Source: Patescibacteria group bacterium (lineage in GTDB: Bacteria; Patescibacteriota; Patescibacteriia; Patescibacteriales; UBA12465). From it: a stretch of 64,000 nucleotides of DNA. Positions within the stretch are counted from its first letter, which is position 1. The number at the start of each line of letters is the position of its first letter. The DNA lies in NCBI GenBank assembly GCA_028692765.1, contig JAQUWT010000002.1:34049-98048 (forward strand). Reading direction: 5' to 3'. A model generated the notes under the pieces. The model saw only the letters and a program-made list of their open reading frames with translations, did not search any database and was not told where the DNA came from. This document shows, piece after piece, positions 42,218 to 54,961 of this stretch. The position numbers and the translations under genes are program-made.

Positions 42218-43738
42218 ATGTCTAGCACTAAAGATTTCATCGTCGAACAGATAAAGCGGCAGATTGCTGATTTTCAGGTCAGCCTTGAAGAAAGCAGCGT
42301 AGGTCGGGTTTTAAAGATTTCCGACGGCATCGCTCTTGTTTCCGGTTTGACTGAGGCGATGATGAGCGAAATTTTAATTTTTAAATCTAATCAGGGTGAA
42401 ATTGCCGGCGTCGCTTTAAATTTAGAGGAAAATTTAGTTGGCGCTATCATCATGGGTGATTTTTCTGGAATTAGAGAGGGTGATGAAGTCGTTTGCACTA
42501 AGCGTATTTTAAGCGTGCCGGTGGGCGAAGCCTTGGTCGGCAGAGTGGTTAACCCTTTAGGCGAAGCGATTGACGGCAAAGGCGCTTTAGATACTAAAGA
42601 ATTTTATCCGGTAGAAAAGATTGCTCCCGGTGTTATTACCCGTGCCTCTGTTAATCAGCCGGTTCAAACCGGTATTAAAGCTATCGACGCGATGGTCCCA
42701 ATCGGCCGCGGACAGCGCGAGCTTATTATCGGCGACCGCCAGATTGGTAAGACCGCGATTGCTATCGATGCTATTATCAACCAGAAAGGGCAAAACATGA
42801 AGTGTATTTATGTAGCCATCGGACAGAAGGAGTCGAAGGTCGCGGAAATAGTTCGTAAATTGGAGGCCGCGGGAGCAATGGAATATACCACTATCGTTTT
42901 AGCCGGAGCTTCCAGCCCAGCTTCTTTGCTGTACATCGCTCCTTATGCCGGCACGGCTATGGCCGAATATTTCTTAGATAAAGGCGAAGATGTCTTGATA
43001 GTTTATGATGATTTATCTAAGCACGCTGTTTCTTATCGTGAAATTTCTCTCTTATTGCGCCGGCCGCCGGGACGCGAAGCTTTCCCTGGCGACGTTTTCT
43101 ATCTCCACTCCCGCCTTTTGGAAAGGGCCTGCAAATTAAATAAAGATTTCGGCGGCGGCTCCATTACTGCTTTGCCGATTATTGAAACCCAGGCCGGCGA
43201 TATCTCCGCTTATATCCCCACCAATGTTATTTCTATTACCGACGGGCAGATTTTCTTGGAACCTGATATGTTCTATAAGGGCAATCGTCCGGCTATTAAC
43301 GCCGGTTTGTCCGTTTCCCGCGTCGGCTCCTCCGCGCAGATTAAGGCCATGAAAAAGGTGGCCGGCAAGATGCGTCTTGAGGCCGCCCAGTTCCGCGAAT
43401 TAGCCGCTTTCGCTCAATTTGGTTCCGACTTGGATGAAGACACTAATCGGAAATTGGAAAGAGGCAAGCGCCTGTATGAAATATTTAAGCAGGATCAATA
43501 TCAGCCTTTATCCGTGGATAAGCAAGTGGTCATATATTATGCCTTGATTAACGCTTATATCGATAATGTGCCGGTCGAAAAAGTGCGTGATTTTGAATCC
43601 GGTTTATATAAGTATTTGGAGATAAATAACGAAGTCTCCAAAGTAATTTTGGAAAAGAAGGAACTTGATGCCGAGATTGAAGAAAAAATTAAGCATCTTT
43701 TAAGCGATTATAAGGAAACTCTTGACTATCTGTTGTAA
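42218..43738 (+). CDS. atpA: ATP synthase subunit alpha
   Basis: GDRQIGKT P-loop; full-length alpha. Confidence 0.97.
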   Translation: MSSTKDFIVEQIKRQIADFQVSLEESSVGRVLKISDGIALVSGLTEAMMSEILIFKSNQGEIAGVALNLEENLVGAIIMGDFSGIREGDEVVCTKRILSVPVGEALVGRVVNPLGEAIDGKGALDTKEFYPVEKIAPGVITRASVNQPVQTGIKAIDAMVPIGRGQRELIIGDRQIGKTAIAIDAIINQKGQNMKCIYVAIGQKESKVAEIVRKLEAAGAMEYTTIVLAGASSPASLLYIAPYAGTAMAEYFLDKGEDVLIVYDDLSKHAVSYREISLLLRRPPGREAFPGDVFYLHSRLLERACKLNKDFGGGSITALPIIETQAGDISAYIPTNVISITDGQIFLEPDMFYKGNRPAINAGLSVSRVGSSAQIKAMKKVAGKMRLEAAQFRELAAFAQFGSDLDEDTNRKLERGKRLYEIFKQDQYQPLSVDKQVVIYYALINAYIDNVPVEKVRDFESGLYKYLEINNEVSKVILEKKELDAEIEEKIKHLLSDYKETLDYLL

Positions 43739-43750
43739 TCATTTGGCTTT

Positions 43751-44695
43751 ATGGCAAAGACTAAAGAAATATCAAGACGAATCAAATCCATCGGCAATAC
43801 TCGCAAGATTACTAAAGCGATGGAAATGGTAGCAGCCGCGAAAATGAGGAAAGCGGTGGAGGCGGTTTTAAAAACTAGAACCTATGCTAATTTAAGCTGG
43901 GAAACTGTTTTGCATTTGTCTGCCACTAACGGTCAAAATGGGGAAAAGCATCCTTTATTGACGCTTAGGCCGGAAACTAAAAAAGCGGCGGTTATTTTAA
44001 TAACTTCCAATCGAGGAATGTGCGGCGGTTATAATGCGGCGATTATTAATAAAGTGAAAGATTCCATTAAACGCCACCCCGGAGTACCCTTAGATTTCAT
44101 TCTGGTGGGCAAGAAGGGGGCGGCTGTTTACGCTCAAAATCAGACAGTGGCCGCTGAATTCCCTAAGAGCGATATTTTGGAAGATTCGAAGGAAGTTGTG
44201 CCGATAGTCAGTTTAGCGGTTAAGGATTTTCTCGGCGGTCGCTATGATAAAGTTTTTTTAGCCTATACGGATTTTGTCAGCCCAGTCAAGCAGGTGCCGC
44301 GCATCAAGCAATTACTGCCGGTTAACATTAATGTTGAGGACGAATATCTGGGTGTTATCGGCAATCCGAAAGTAAGCGTAAATAAAGAAATGCTGGCGGA
44401 TAAGGCGGATAAGCATCTCAGTCCCAAGGCCGGATTTGATTATATTTTCGAGCCCAGCCCTGCCGAAGTTTTAGATAATATTATTCCGCGTCTTCTTGAG
44501 GTTCAGGTGTTTCAAGCTTTGTTAGAGGCTAATGCTTCCGAGCATAGCGCCAGAATGAGCGCCATGCATCAAGCCACCGAAGCGGCCGGCGATATGTTGA
44601 GCGAATTGACTTTGTTTTATAATAAAGCCCGCCAGGCGGGCATCACTGCTGAAATTGCAGAAATCAGCGCCGGTGCCAACGCTCTGCTTAATTAA
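43751..44695 (+). CDS. atpG: ATP synthase subunit gamma
   Basis: IKSIGNTRKITKAMEMVAAAKMRKA...ITAEIAEISAGANAL. Confidence 0.95.
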   Translation: MAKTKEISRRIKSIGNTRKITKAMEMVAAAKMRKAVEAVLKTRTYANLSWETVLHLSATNGQNGEKHPLLTLRPETKKAAVILITSNRGMCGGYNAAIINKVKDSIKRHPGVPLDFILVGKKGAAVYAQNQTVAAEFPKSDILEDSKEVVPIVSLAVKDFLGGRYDKVFLAYTDFVSPVKQVPRIKQLLPVNINVEDEYLGVIGNPKVSVNKEMLADKADKHLSPKAGFDYIFEPSPAEVLDNIIPRLLEVQVFQALLEANASEHSARMSAMHQATEAAGDMLSELTLFYNKARQAGITAEIAEISAGANALLN

Positions 44696-44715
44696 ATTTT
44701 AATTTTGAATTTTGA

Positions 44716-46119
<1,404 letters not shown>

Positions 46120-46124
46120 TTATT

Positions 46125-46565
46125 ATGGCCGATAAAAAGACAATAAAATTTGAAATTGTGACGCCGGAGCGTACGGTTTTTAAACAGGAGGTTGTTCAGG
46201 TAACCGTTCCTACCCAGTCGGGAGAAATTACTGTTTTACCGGATCACATTCCTTTGGTTTCCATCTTGAAACCCGGAGTACTGGAAATTAAGACTGCCAA
46301 TCAGGAGACTGAAATTATTTCTGTGTCCGGAGGTTTTATCGAGGTTTTGCGCGATAAGATAGTTATTTTGGCCGATACGGCGGAGAGAGCCCAAGAACTT
46401 GATGAAAATATTATTGCCGAGGCTCGCCGTCGCGCTGAAGTTTCCAGGGAGGAGGCTATGAGTCAAGATAATTATGATTTGTCGGCGGTGGCCGCCAGGC
46501 TGGAAATAGAAGTTGCGCGCGAAAGAGCTTTGCATAAATGGCGCAAGCTTAAGAATATTAAATAG
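46125..46565 (+). CDS. atpC: ATP synthase subunit epsilon
   Basis: Operon position; GEITVLPDHIPLVS...SGGFIEV. Confidence 0.9.
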   Translation: MADKKTIKFEIVTPERTVFKQEVVQVTVPTQSGEITVLPDHIPLVSILKPGVLEIKTANQETEIISVSGGFIEVLRDKIVILADTAERAQELDENIIAEARRRAEVSREEAMSQDNYDLSAVAARLEIEVARERALHKWRKLKNIK

Positions 46566-46579
46566 TTGCCAATAATAAA

Positions 46580-46601
46580 GACCCGCTTTGGCGGGTCTTT
46601 T
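46580..46601 (+). terminator. atp operon terminator
   Basis: GACCCGC-TTTG-GCGGGTC followed by TTTT. Confidence 0.85.
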
Positions 46602-46797
46602 GTCTTAGCAGAGAAGAGTTTCGGCTTCTCGATAATATTCGAGTAGCTTGGCAAGATAAAGGAATTGGGCCTCTTTTTCACTAATAACTTTATCTGGTTT
46701 TACGTTATTAGTCTTGCAATTGCTCTGTTTTTTGACGCCTGAGATTTCTTCTGTTTTGTCCATGATTTTTATTACGTTTATTTGAAAAGTACTATTT

Positions 46798-46826
46798 AAA
46801 AAACCGGCCTGTTTTTGGCCGGTTTT
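46798..46826. terminator. bidirectional-type hairpin
   Basis: AAAACCGGCC-TGTTTTT-GGCCGGTTTT. Confidence 0.65.
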
Positions 46827-46966
46827 GTCTTATCTTTGAAAATTAATCTTCTAGATATGCAAAACTGGCCGGATTGAGCCGGTAAAGTAAAAGCTGAAGA
46901 AAGCGATTTTATTTATTTGCATTGTTATATCTCTCATAGCTTTTATAGAATATCAAAAATATTTAA

Positions 46967-47746
46967 TTAAAGCAATGTCCACGTTAATAAGATTATTCCT
47001 AAAATAATGCGATACCAGCCAAAAACTTGAAAATCATGTTTTTGGATAAATTTTAAGAAAAACTTTATTCCCAAAACAGCGGTTACAAAAGAAACTGCTA
47101 AGCCAATTAGCCAGATTATTACTTCGTTTGCCTGCAGTGAGGGCGGGGTTTTATATAAATCTAAAGCGGTCGCCGCCGCCATTGTCGGCAAAGCGAGTAA
47201 AAATGAGAATTCAACGATATTTTTTCGAGAAATGCCAAGAGATAAACCCCCCATAATAGTAGCGGCGGAACGGGAAACTCCGGGAATGATAGCCAGGGAT
47301 TGGAAAATACCGATGTAGGCCGCTTGGCGGTAGCTTATTTGCGCCACATCTTGTTCCGTTTCCTTATGTGGGCGGTGGGCAAAATATTTTTCTAAAATAA
47401 TAAGAACAATGCCTCCGATAAATAGAGCGCCGGCGATTAAAGGCAGGCTTTCGAATAAATAGGTTTTTGCCAGCTTATAAGCAGCTAAGCCGATGATGGC
47501 CGTTGGGATGAAGGCGGCAGCGATTTTTAGGATTAGCCTGGGCTGTCTAATGAGGGTTTTTGCATAAAGCACGGCAACGGAGAGAATCGCTCCCAGCTGG
47601 ATAGAAATCAAGAAGCTGTCTAAAAAATCACTGCTGGGAATTTTAAGCGCTTTGGCGGCAATTATAAGATGGGCGGTTGAAGATATTGGTAAAAATTCGG
47701 TTACGCCCTCAATTAGCCCGAGAATAAGGGAATGAAAAATGTTCAT
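46967..47746 (-). CDS. uppP: undecaprenyl-diphosphate phosphatase
   Basis: GLIEGVTEFLPISSTAHLII and PGVSRSAATI motifs. Confidence 0.95.
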   Translation of the reverse strand: MNIFHSLILGLIEGVTEFLPISSTAHLIIAAKALKIPSSDFLDSFLISIQLGAILSVAVLYAKTLIRQPRLILKIAAAFIPTAIIGLAAYKLAKTYLFESLPLIAGALFIGGIVLIILEKYFAHRPHKETEQDVAQISYRQAAYIGIFQSLAIIPGVSRSAATIMGGLSLGISRKNIVEFSFLLALPTMAAATALDLYKTPPSLQANEVIIWLIGLAVSFVTAVLGIKFFLKFIQKHDFQVFGWYRIILGIILLTWTLL

Positions 47747-47820
47747 AGATATTGATTATGGCTTTATTTTAATATATTTTTTCATTTATAGCCAGCTATT
47801 TCGGATTCTATAATTTAGGC

Positions 47821-47849
47821 TTGACAGGCTTTGGTAAAAACTATAAAAT
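47821..47849 (+). promoter_or_regulatory. groESL promoter TTGACA-N17-TAAAAT
   Basis: TTGACA at 47821-47826 and TAAAAT at 47844-47849. Confidence 0.8.
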
Positions 47850-47859
47850 AGGCTTAGAC

Positions 47860-47886
47860 TTAGCACTCAAAGCTACTGAGTGCTAA
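47860..47886. promoter_or_regulatory. CIRCE operator upstream of groES
   Basis: TTAGCACTC-AAAGCTACT-GAGTGCTAA, a perfect consensus match. Confidence 0.95.
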
Positions 47887-47983
47887 TAAATATATTTAAT
47901 ATTATTTATTAATATCAGCTAAAATTATCCTTTAAAACATTTTTAGATAATTTGTTTTCTGGATAATTTTAGTTCCCTGTATT

Positions 47984-49962
<1,979 letters not shown>

Positions 49963-49983
49963 TTGTTAATGATAAAATCAAGC

Positions 49984-50010
49984 AAAGAGGCGCTAATCGC
50001 GCCTCTTTTT
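49984..50010 (+). terminator. groESL terminator
   Basis: AAAGAGGCGC-TAATC-GCGCCTCTTT followed by TT. Confidence 0.85.
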
Positions 50011-50089
50011 GGATATTTGTTATTATTGCTCCTTTGAATTTTTGGGTTTTATTGCTATAATATTATCACAAAAACTATTTTTTGCTTAT

Positions 50090-50554
50090 ATGCCTAGTCA
50101 TAAAAAAATTACTAATATTTCTAAAAAACCAATAGTGGTCGCCGTTTCCGGCTATTTTAATCCTTTGCATGTCGGCCATTTGGAAATGATTGAGCGTTCA
50201 AAAAAGTTGGGAGATAAATTGGTGGCGATAATTAATAATGATTTTCAAGTAAAACTTAAAGGGAGCGTCCCTTTTATGAGCTTGAAGGACAGAGTTAAAA
50301 TTATTTCCGCTTTACGCGATGTGGATGAGGTTTTTGTGTCAATTGACCGCGATAAAACAGTTTGCAAATCTTTGGCGAAATTGAAGCCAGATATTTTTGC
50401 CAATGGCGGCGATCGCCATAGCATCGGCGATGTGCCCGAATATCCTGTCTGTCAGAAGTATAAAATAAAAATGGTCGATGGTTTGGGTAAAAAAATAAGG
50501 GCCAGTTCAGTTTTGATTGCGGAAGCGGCCGCTAAGAAGGCAAAAATAAAATAG
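50090..50554 (+). CDS. cytidylyltransferase-like nucleotidyltransferase (HxGH class)
   Basis: VAVSGYFNPLHVGHLEMIE. ATG 50090 is preferred over the longer track ORF. Confidence 0.7.
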   Translation: MPSHKKITNISKKPIVVAVSGYFNPLHVGHLEMIERSKKLGDKLVAIINNDFQVKLKGSVPFMSLKDRVKIISALRDVDEVFVSIDRDKTVCKSLAKLKPDIFANGGDRHSIGDVPEYPVCQKYKIKMVDGLGKKIRASSVLIAEAAAKKAKIK

Positions 50555-50561
50555 TTAATTT

Positions 50562-51491
50562 ATGCGTCAAATCGTCCGCTATTTCATATTATTGGTCTTA
50601 AGCTTATTTGTCACCGCTATCGTCCTCAGTTTTGTCTTTGGTCACAGTCTTTTGCAGTCTCTGGGTACCGCTAACGGCTTGACGGCGCGTCTTGATAGTA
50701 TTTTCAGTTCTTCTGAAGAGAAAAAAATAGAACCGCGGCCAGAAAAAACTGTGCGCTTGATTGAGGGTTGGACCAGCCGCGACATGGGTCAATATTTTGA
50801 AAGCCAAGGCATTTGGCAAAGCGAGGAATTTTTGGAGATTGCCGGTTTCCCTCAAATAGATTACAACAAAGAAAAAGATTTGCCGCCTCTTGAAGATTTT
50901 TCTGATGCTTTTTCTTTTTTAGCGGATAAGCCTAAGAATCGTGGCCTCGAAGGCTATCTTTATCCCGATACTTACCGCATTTACGCCACTTCCTCTCCGC
51001 GGGAATTGATTGTGAAGATGCTCCAGAATTTTGACAATCAATTGACACCAAAGATGCGCGCTGATATTAAGAAGCAGGGAAAAACCATCTACGAAATTGT
51101 TACTATGGCTTCTTTGTTGGAAAAAGAGGCGCCGATAAATTATGCCAGCGGCGATAATCGCGATGCGAGAATTATTTCAGGAATTTTTTGGGACAGAATA
51201 AAATATGGCCAGGCGCTACAATCATGCGCTAGTCTGGCTTATATTTTAGGAGTCAATAAAGCGCAATACTCAGCCGCCGACACCCAGATAGAATCTCCAT
51301 ATAATACCTATCAATATCGGGGTTTACCGCCGGGGCCGATTAGCAATCCCGGCATTTTAGCAATTGAAGCCGCGATTTATCCTTTAAGCACTAATTATAA
51401 TTATTTTTTAACTCCTGCCGGCAGTAAAGATATCATTTATTCCACTACTTATAGCGAACATTTACGCAATAAGAGTAAATATTTGCCTTAA
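50562..51491 (+). CDS. mltG: endolytic murein transglycosylase MltG (YceG-like)
   Basis: N-terminal TM helix. LEGYLYPDTY, ASLLEKEA, and SPYNTYQYRGLPPGPISNPG. Confidence 0.9.
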   Translation: MRQIVRYFILLVLSLFVTAIVLSFVFGHSLLQSLGTANGLTARLDSIFSSSEEKKIEPRPEKTVRLIEGWTSRDMGQYFESQGIWQSEEFLEIAGFPQIDYNKEKDLPPLEDFSDAFSFLADKPKNRGLEGYLYPDTYRIYATSSPRELIVKMLQNFDNQLTPKMRADIKKQGKTIYEIVTMASLLEKEAPINYASGDNRDARIISGIFWDRIKYGQALQSCASLAYILGVNKAQYSAADTQIESPYNTYQYRGLPPGPISNPGILAIEAAIYPLSTNYNYFLTPAGSKDIIYSTTYSEHLRNKSKYLP

Positions 51492-51495
51492 TTTT

Positions 51496-53862
51496 ATGTT
51501 TGAGGAAGTTAAAACGCCTCCAAGCAGCGCTAATAATTTTGTTGAAGCGGCTAATCAGGATGCTGGCAACGATAAATCTGGTAGTGCTAAGAAGAAGTTA
51601 TTAATTTTGTTTTTGGTTATTATTGTCATCACCGCCTTTATTGCCGGCGTTTGGTGGCTCTCCCAAAAAATTAAATCTTCTCCACAGCCTTCAACCGGCG
51701 ATAGTCAGGCCTCATCTTCAGTACCGGCGCGTCTTGATGATTTCCATTTGGAGGGAACTGACGGCCAGGCAGAAGATTCGACTGCCGCCGATGAGCCCAA
51801 TGCAGTGGAGTATTTATATTTTTCTTATTTTTATCATGAACCAGAGAATATCATCCAGGATTTTAAATTTTCAGAATATGCCACTCCGGTAAATGTCAAA
51901 TTAGACGTCTCTAATTATTATGATGTTTCGCGCAAGCTGAATTTAGATTCTAGCTTGGAATCTTTAAACAAGAATGGCTTTGCCGTTTTGGATAATCCTT
52001 GGCCGAAGGAGGCTAATGATTTTTATGCTTTGGGCGCCTTGCTGGATGACAAACAAATACCTTTATTTATCAGCGCTGATTTTATTTCCTATTATTATCA
52101 AAGTGTTTTGAAAATGTCCTTCAAGGAAATCGAGGAAGGGGTTTTTTATGAAAGCCTTTGGGATATTAACCGCACTTTGTATGAAGGCGCGCGCATTCGT
52201 TATGAAAATCATTTGCAAGCTTCCGGCAATATCAATGACCGCGTGTTGGAGGGAGAGCGCTTGGAAGCAGCTTTTTTTGCCGTCTCTTTAGAGTTGTTAA
52301 AGCCGCGCTTAGATCAGGTTGATTCTGCTAACAATCTCAACTCCGGAAAATTCAGCAGCCAGGAACAGCAAAAATTCTCCTTTACTTTACCCTCTTATCT
52401 TAACGATGATGTTACCAAAGAACTTGAATTTATCCGCGCCGCTAAAGAGCAGCAGAAATCTCCGGTCTTGTTATATGACCGTGATTATAAAGCTTTCTTA
52501 ATTCCGCAGGAATATAAGAATAATGCCCGTTTGCAGAATTTTTATCTGACGGCCGTCTGGCTTAATTCCGTGTTTCCGCTTAACTATCGGGATGAGTCTT
52601 GCCCCGAGTGTCTATTGGATAGAGATGATTGGCGGATTAATTTTACCGCCGCCTCCCTGATTGCCGGCGATTTTGCCGATAATCAAGAACTAAAGAGTGA
52701 ATGGGCGCGTATTTATAAAATCATTTCTTTTTTCAAGGGTTTGCGGGATGATTGGAATTATGTCCATTATCGCGATGCTTTGCGCAATACTTTCGGCGAT
52801 GATTTTGATGTGACTCGCTTATTTGCCGAGGATAATGCCGATGCCGAGGCAAATATGGAAAAATTACGCCAAAGCTTGCTTCAGCGGGAATTAGTGCCGA
52901 TGCAGGGCGGTTTAAGCCTGAAGACCATGGCTGGTTATAAGATTGCCGGCTTGCAATTTTTGGCTGATTTTTATTGGCCCAATGATTTCATTTTTGGTCA
53001 TTTAAGTTATCCCGAAGTTGGCGTTTATCAGGGAGGGGAAAAGCCGGTAGCTAGTAATGTCACCGCTTGTTCGGTTCAAAAAAAATATCAGCGCTGCCAA
53101 GGCTCCAGTCAGGATATTTTGAGTTTAGTATATCCGTCTTGGCAGGGGTCTTTATTTTTGGAAAACGGCAATTATGCCAATTACAAAGAAGCTTTAGAAA
53201 ATTTACGTCCCTTAGCTGAGGGCGGAATGAACGAAAATCTTAACAACTATTGGTCATCATTGCTGGTTAATCGCTATTATTTAAATATTCCTGCCGCTAG
53301 TCTGCCTCTATATTTGCGTTCAGAAGATTGGCGCGCTCATATGGCCAGTTCAGTTTTAGGCGCTTGGACGGACATGCAATTGCCGCTTGATAAAATCAGT
53401 TTGCGTTCCCAGAGCGCGAAGAATTCTAACTTGGGAGCGACTGTCAGTTTTTCTGAATATAATTGGGTTGAGCCCAATATTGATTACCTCGACCGCCTTT
53501 TGGTTCATAATCAAATGATTTTGGGCATGTTTGAAGCTATCGGTTTAGACGAAAAATCTAGTTTGGCTACCAATAATATCCGTGAAGCCGGACGCCAATT
53601 AGCCGGCCTTCGAGCTATTATTGCCAAACAAGCCGGGGGAGAGGATTTAAATGCCGATGATAATCAGTTTATTCGTGATTTTGTCCGCGCTTATTTGGTT
53701 GAAGAGCCGGCCGAAAAAACATTATCTTGGCGCAATGCTTCCTTGGGCGCTAACATCAAGGAAAGCCTAGGCTCTCCTCGGCTTTTGGTTATCGCTCATC
53801 CTGTCGGTGATAAGATTGTATTTTCTGTCGGCCCTGTATTTAATCATCAAGAGAGCAGATAA
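51496..53862 (+). CDS. large membrane-anchored extracytoplasmic protein, function unknown
   Basis: 788 aa with a single N-terminal TM helix (LLILFLVIIVITAFIAGVWWL). No motif confidently recognised. Confidence 0.6.
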   Translation: MFEEVKTPPSSANNFVEAANQDAGNDKSGSAKKKLLILFLVIIVITAFIAGVWWLSQKIKSSPQPSTGDSQASSSVPARLDDFHLEGTDGQAEDSTAADEPNAVEYLYFSYFYHEPENIIQDFKFSEYATPVNVKLDVSNYYDVSRKLNLDSSLESLNKNGFAVLDNPWPKEANDFYALGALLDDKQIPLFISADFISYYYQSVLKMSFKEIEEGVFYESLWDINRTLYEGARIRYENHLQASGNINDRVLEGERLEAAFFAVSLELLKPRLDQVDSANNLNSGKFSSQEQQKFSFTLPSYLNDDVTKELEFIRAAKEQQKSPVLLYDRDYKAFLIPQEYKNNARLQNFYLTAVWLNSVFPLNYRDESCPECLLDRDDWRINFTAASLIAGDFADNQELKSEWARIYKIISFFKGLRDDWNYVHYRDALRNTFGDDFDVTRLFAEDNADAEANMEKLRQSLLQRELVPMQGGLSLKTMAGYKIAGLQFLADFYWPNDFIFGHLSYPEVGVYQGGEKPVASNVTACSVQKKYQRCQGSSQDILSLVYPSWQGSLFLENGNYANYKEALENLRPLAEGGMNENLNNYWSSLLVNRYYLNIPAASLPLYLRSEDWRAHMASSVLGAWTDMQLPLDKISLRSQSAKNSNLGATVSFSEYNWVEPNIDYLDRLLVHNQMILGMFEAIGLDEKSSLATNNIREAGRQLAGLRAIIAKQAGGEDLNADDNQFIRDFVRAYLVEEPAEKTLSWRNASLGANIKESLGSPRLLVIAHPVGDKIVFSVGPVFNHQESR

Positions 53863-53877
53863 TAATTTATTAAATAT

Positions 53878-54894
53878 ATGTTTAAATTTGAAAACCCTTT
53901 GAATAAAATTAGGGATTCTGTAAATACTACTGTCAGCGAATCAAGACTGCCCAGCGAGGGCTACGATAGTACTGTTGGTATTTATGGCGGTAAATTGCAA
54001 ATGACGCCTGATAATAGAATGATTTGGAATAATTCAGGAATAATATCTCAAATTGATAAATGGGGAGATGCTATTTTGCGCAACTATGATGAACATGTGA
54101 TAAAAAATTTAGGAGAATTAATAAGTCGTCATCCCAAGTTGTTTTTTAAATTTATTATGCCAGGAGCTAAGCGTTATCGTGGTAGTAAAGATGAAATTTT
54201 AAATAATATTCAGCGCCTTGGCTTAGGTGATGTTTATGGTGGTCATGAAGATGGCATTGAAATTAAAGATAAAGAGCTATATCGCCACGGTATTGCCTTA
54301 CAGGATCTCATGCGCTCTGATTTGCTGGATAGCGATGATTTAAATCAAGTTAATCGTTTCCAGGCTTTGGATGAAGCTGGCTCTTATCTGCGTAATGTCC
54401 ATGATAATTATGGCGCCGTAGGAGAAATTTTGCCGAATGATTTTATTTTTAGGAAGAATGAAAATGGAAAAGTGAAAGACGCAGTTTTGAATTTACCCGA
54501 TATTGTGTTTAATCAGGATAAGAATATAAGTGACAGAGAGCAAAAAGCCACGGATATCTTGGATTTTATTATTAGTGCTGGCGCAGAAGAATTCCGCCGC
54601 TCTAACGGTGATTTAGGGAGTGTACGTTTAGCCATGAATACTATTTTATCATCTTATGGCGATAGGCATATTATCGCTTTGGTAAAATCATATTTGAAGC
54701 GTGGTCGTTTGACTCTGATGGGAGATCAAAAATTTATTGGCGCCAATCTTGACCCAAATTCTTTTACTACTAAAAATAGAACAATTTTTACCAAACATAA
54801 TGAGGCTAGAGTTGCTAACAATAAAGACATGGAGGCATCATTAAAAACCATTGCTTTAGAAATTTGTGATAAGGTAACAACTGATATTAAATAA
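53878..54894 (+). CDS. hypothetical protein
   Basis: 338 aa ORF, more AT-rich than its neighbours. No motif recognised. Confidence 0.5.
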   Translation: MFKFENPLNKIRDSVNTTVSESRLPSEGYDSTVGIYGGKLQMTPDNRMIWNNSGIISQIDKWGDAILRNYDEHVIKNLGELISRHPKLFFKFIMPGAKRYRGSKDEILNNIQRLGLGDVYGGHEDGIEIKDKELYRHGIALQDLMRSDLLDSDDLNQVNRFQALDEAGSYLRNVHDNYGAVGEILPNDFIFRKNENGKVKDAVLNLPDIVFNQDKNISDREQKATDILDFIISAGAEEFRRSNGDLGSVRLAMNTILSSYGDRHIIALVKSYLKRGRLTLMGDQKFIGANLDPNSFTTKNRTIFTKHNEARVANNKDMEASLKTIALEICDKVTTDIK

Positions 54895-54918
54895 CGCTTT
54901 CTATACTAAATTCCATCT

Positions 54919-54945
54919 AAAAACCGCCAAATGGCGGTTTTTTTG
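54919..54945. terminator. bidirectional terminator between convergent genes
   Basis: AAAAACCGCC-AAAT-GGCGGTTTTTTT. Confidence 0.85.
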
Positions 54946-54961
54946 TAGATTTCAGACTAAT

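Noticed and set aside
46472-46763. Small minus-strand ORFs between atpC and uppP: the track ORF at 46472-46681, and a 52-aa ORF at 46605-46763 (MDKTEEISGVKKQSNCKTNN...).
   Set aside because: The first overlaps atpC and its terminator. The second lies between two terminators with no convincing promoter or RBS. The evidence is too weak to call either.
53878-54894. A possible degenerate kinase-like motif (VGEILPNDFIF, compared with HGDLHPGNI) in the AT-richer 338-aa hypothetical protein.
   Set aside because: The resemblance rests on a few residues, and the catalytic His/Asp are not evident. The gene is left as hypothetical.
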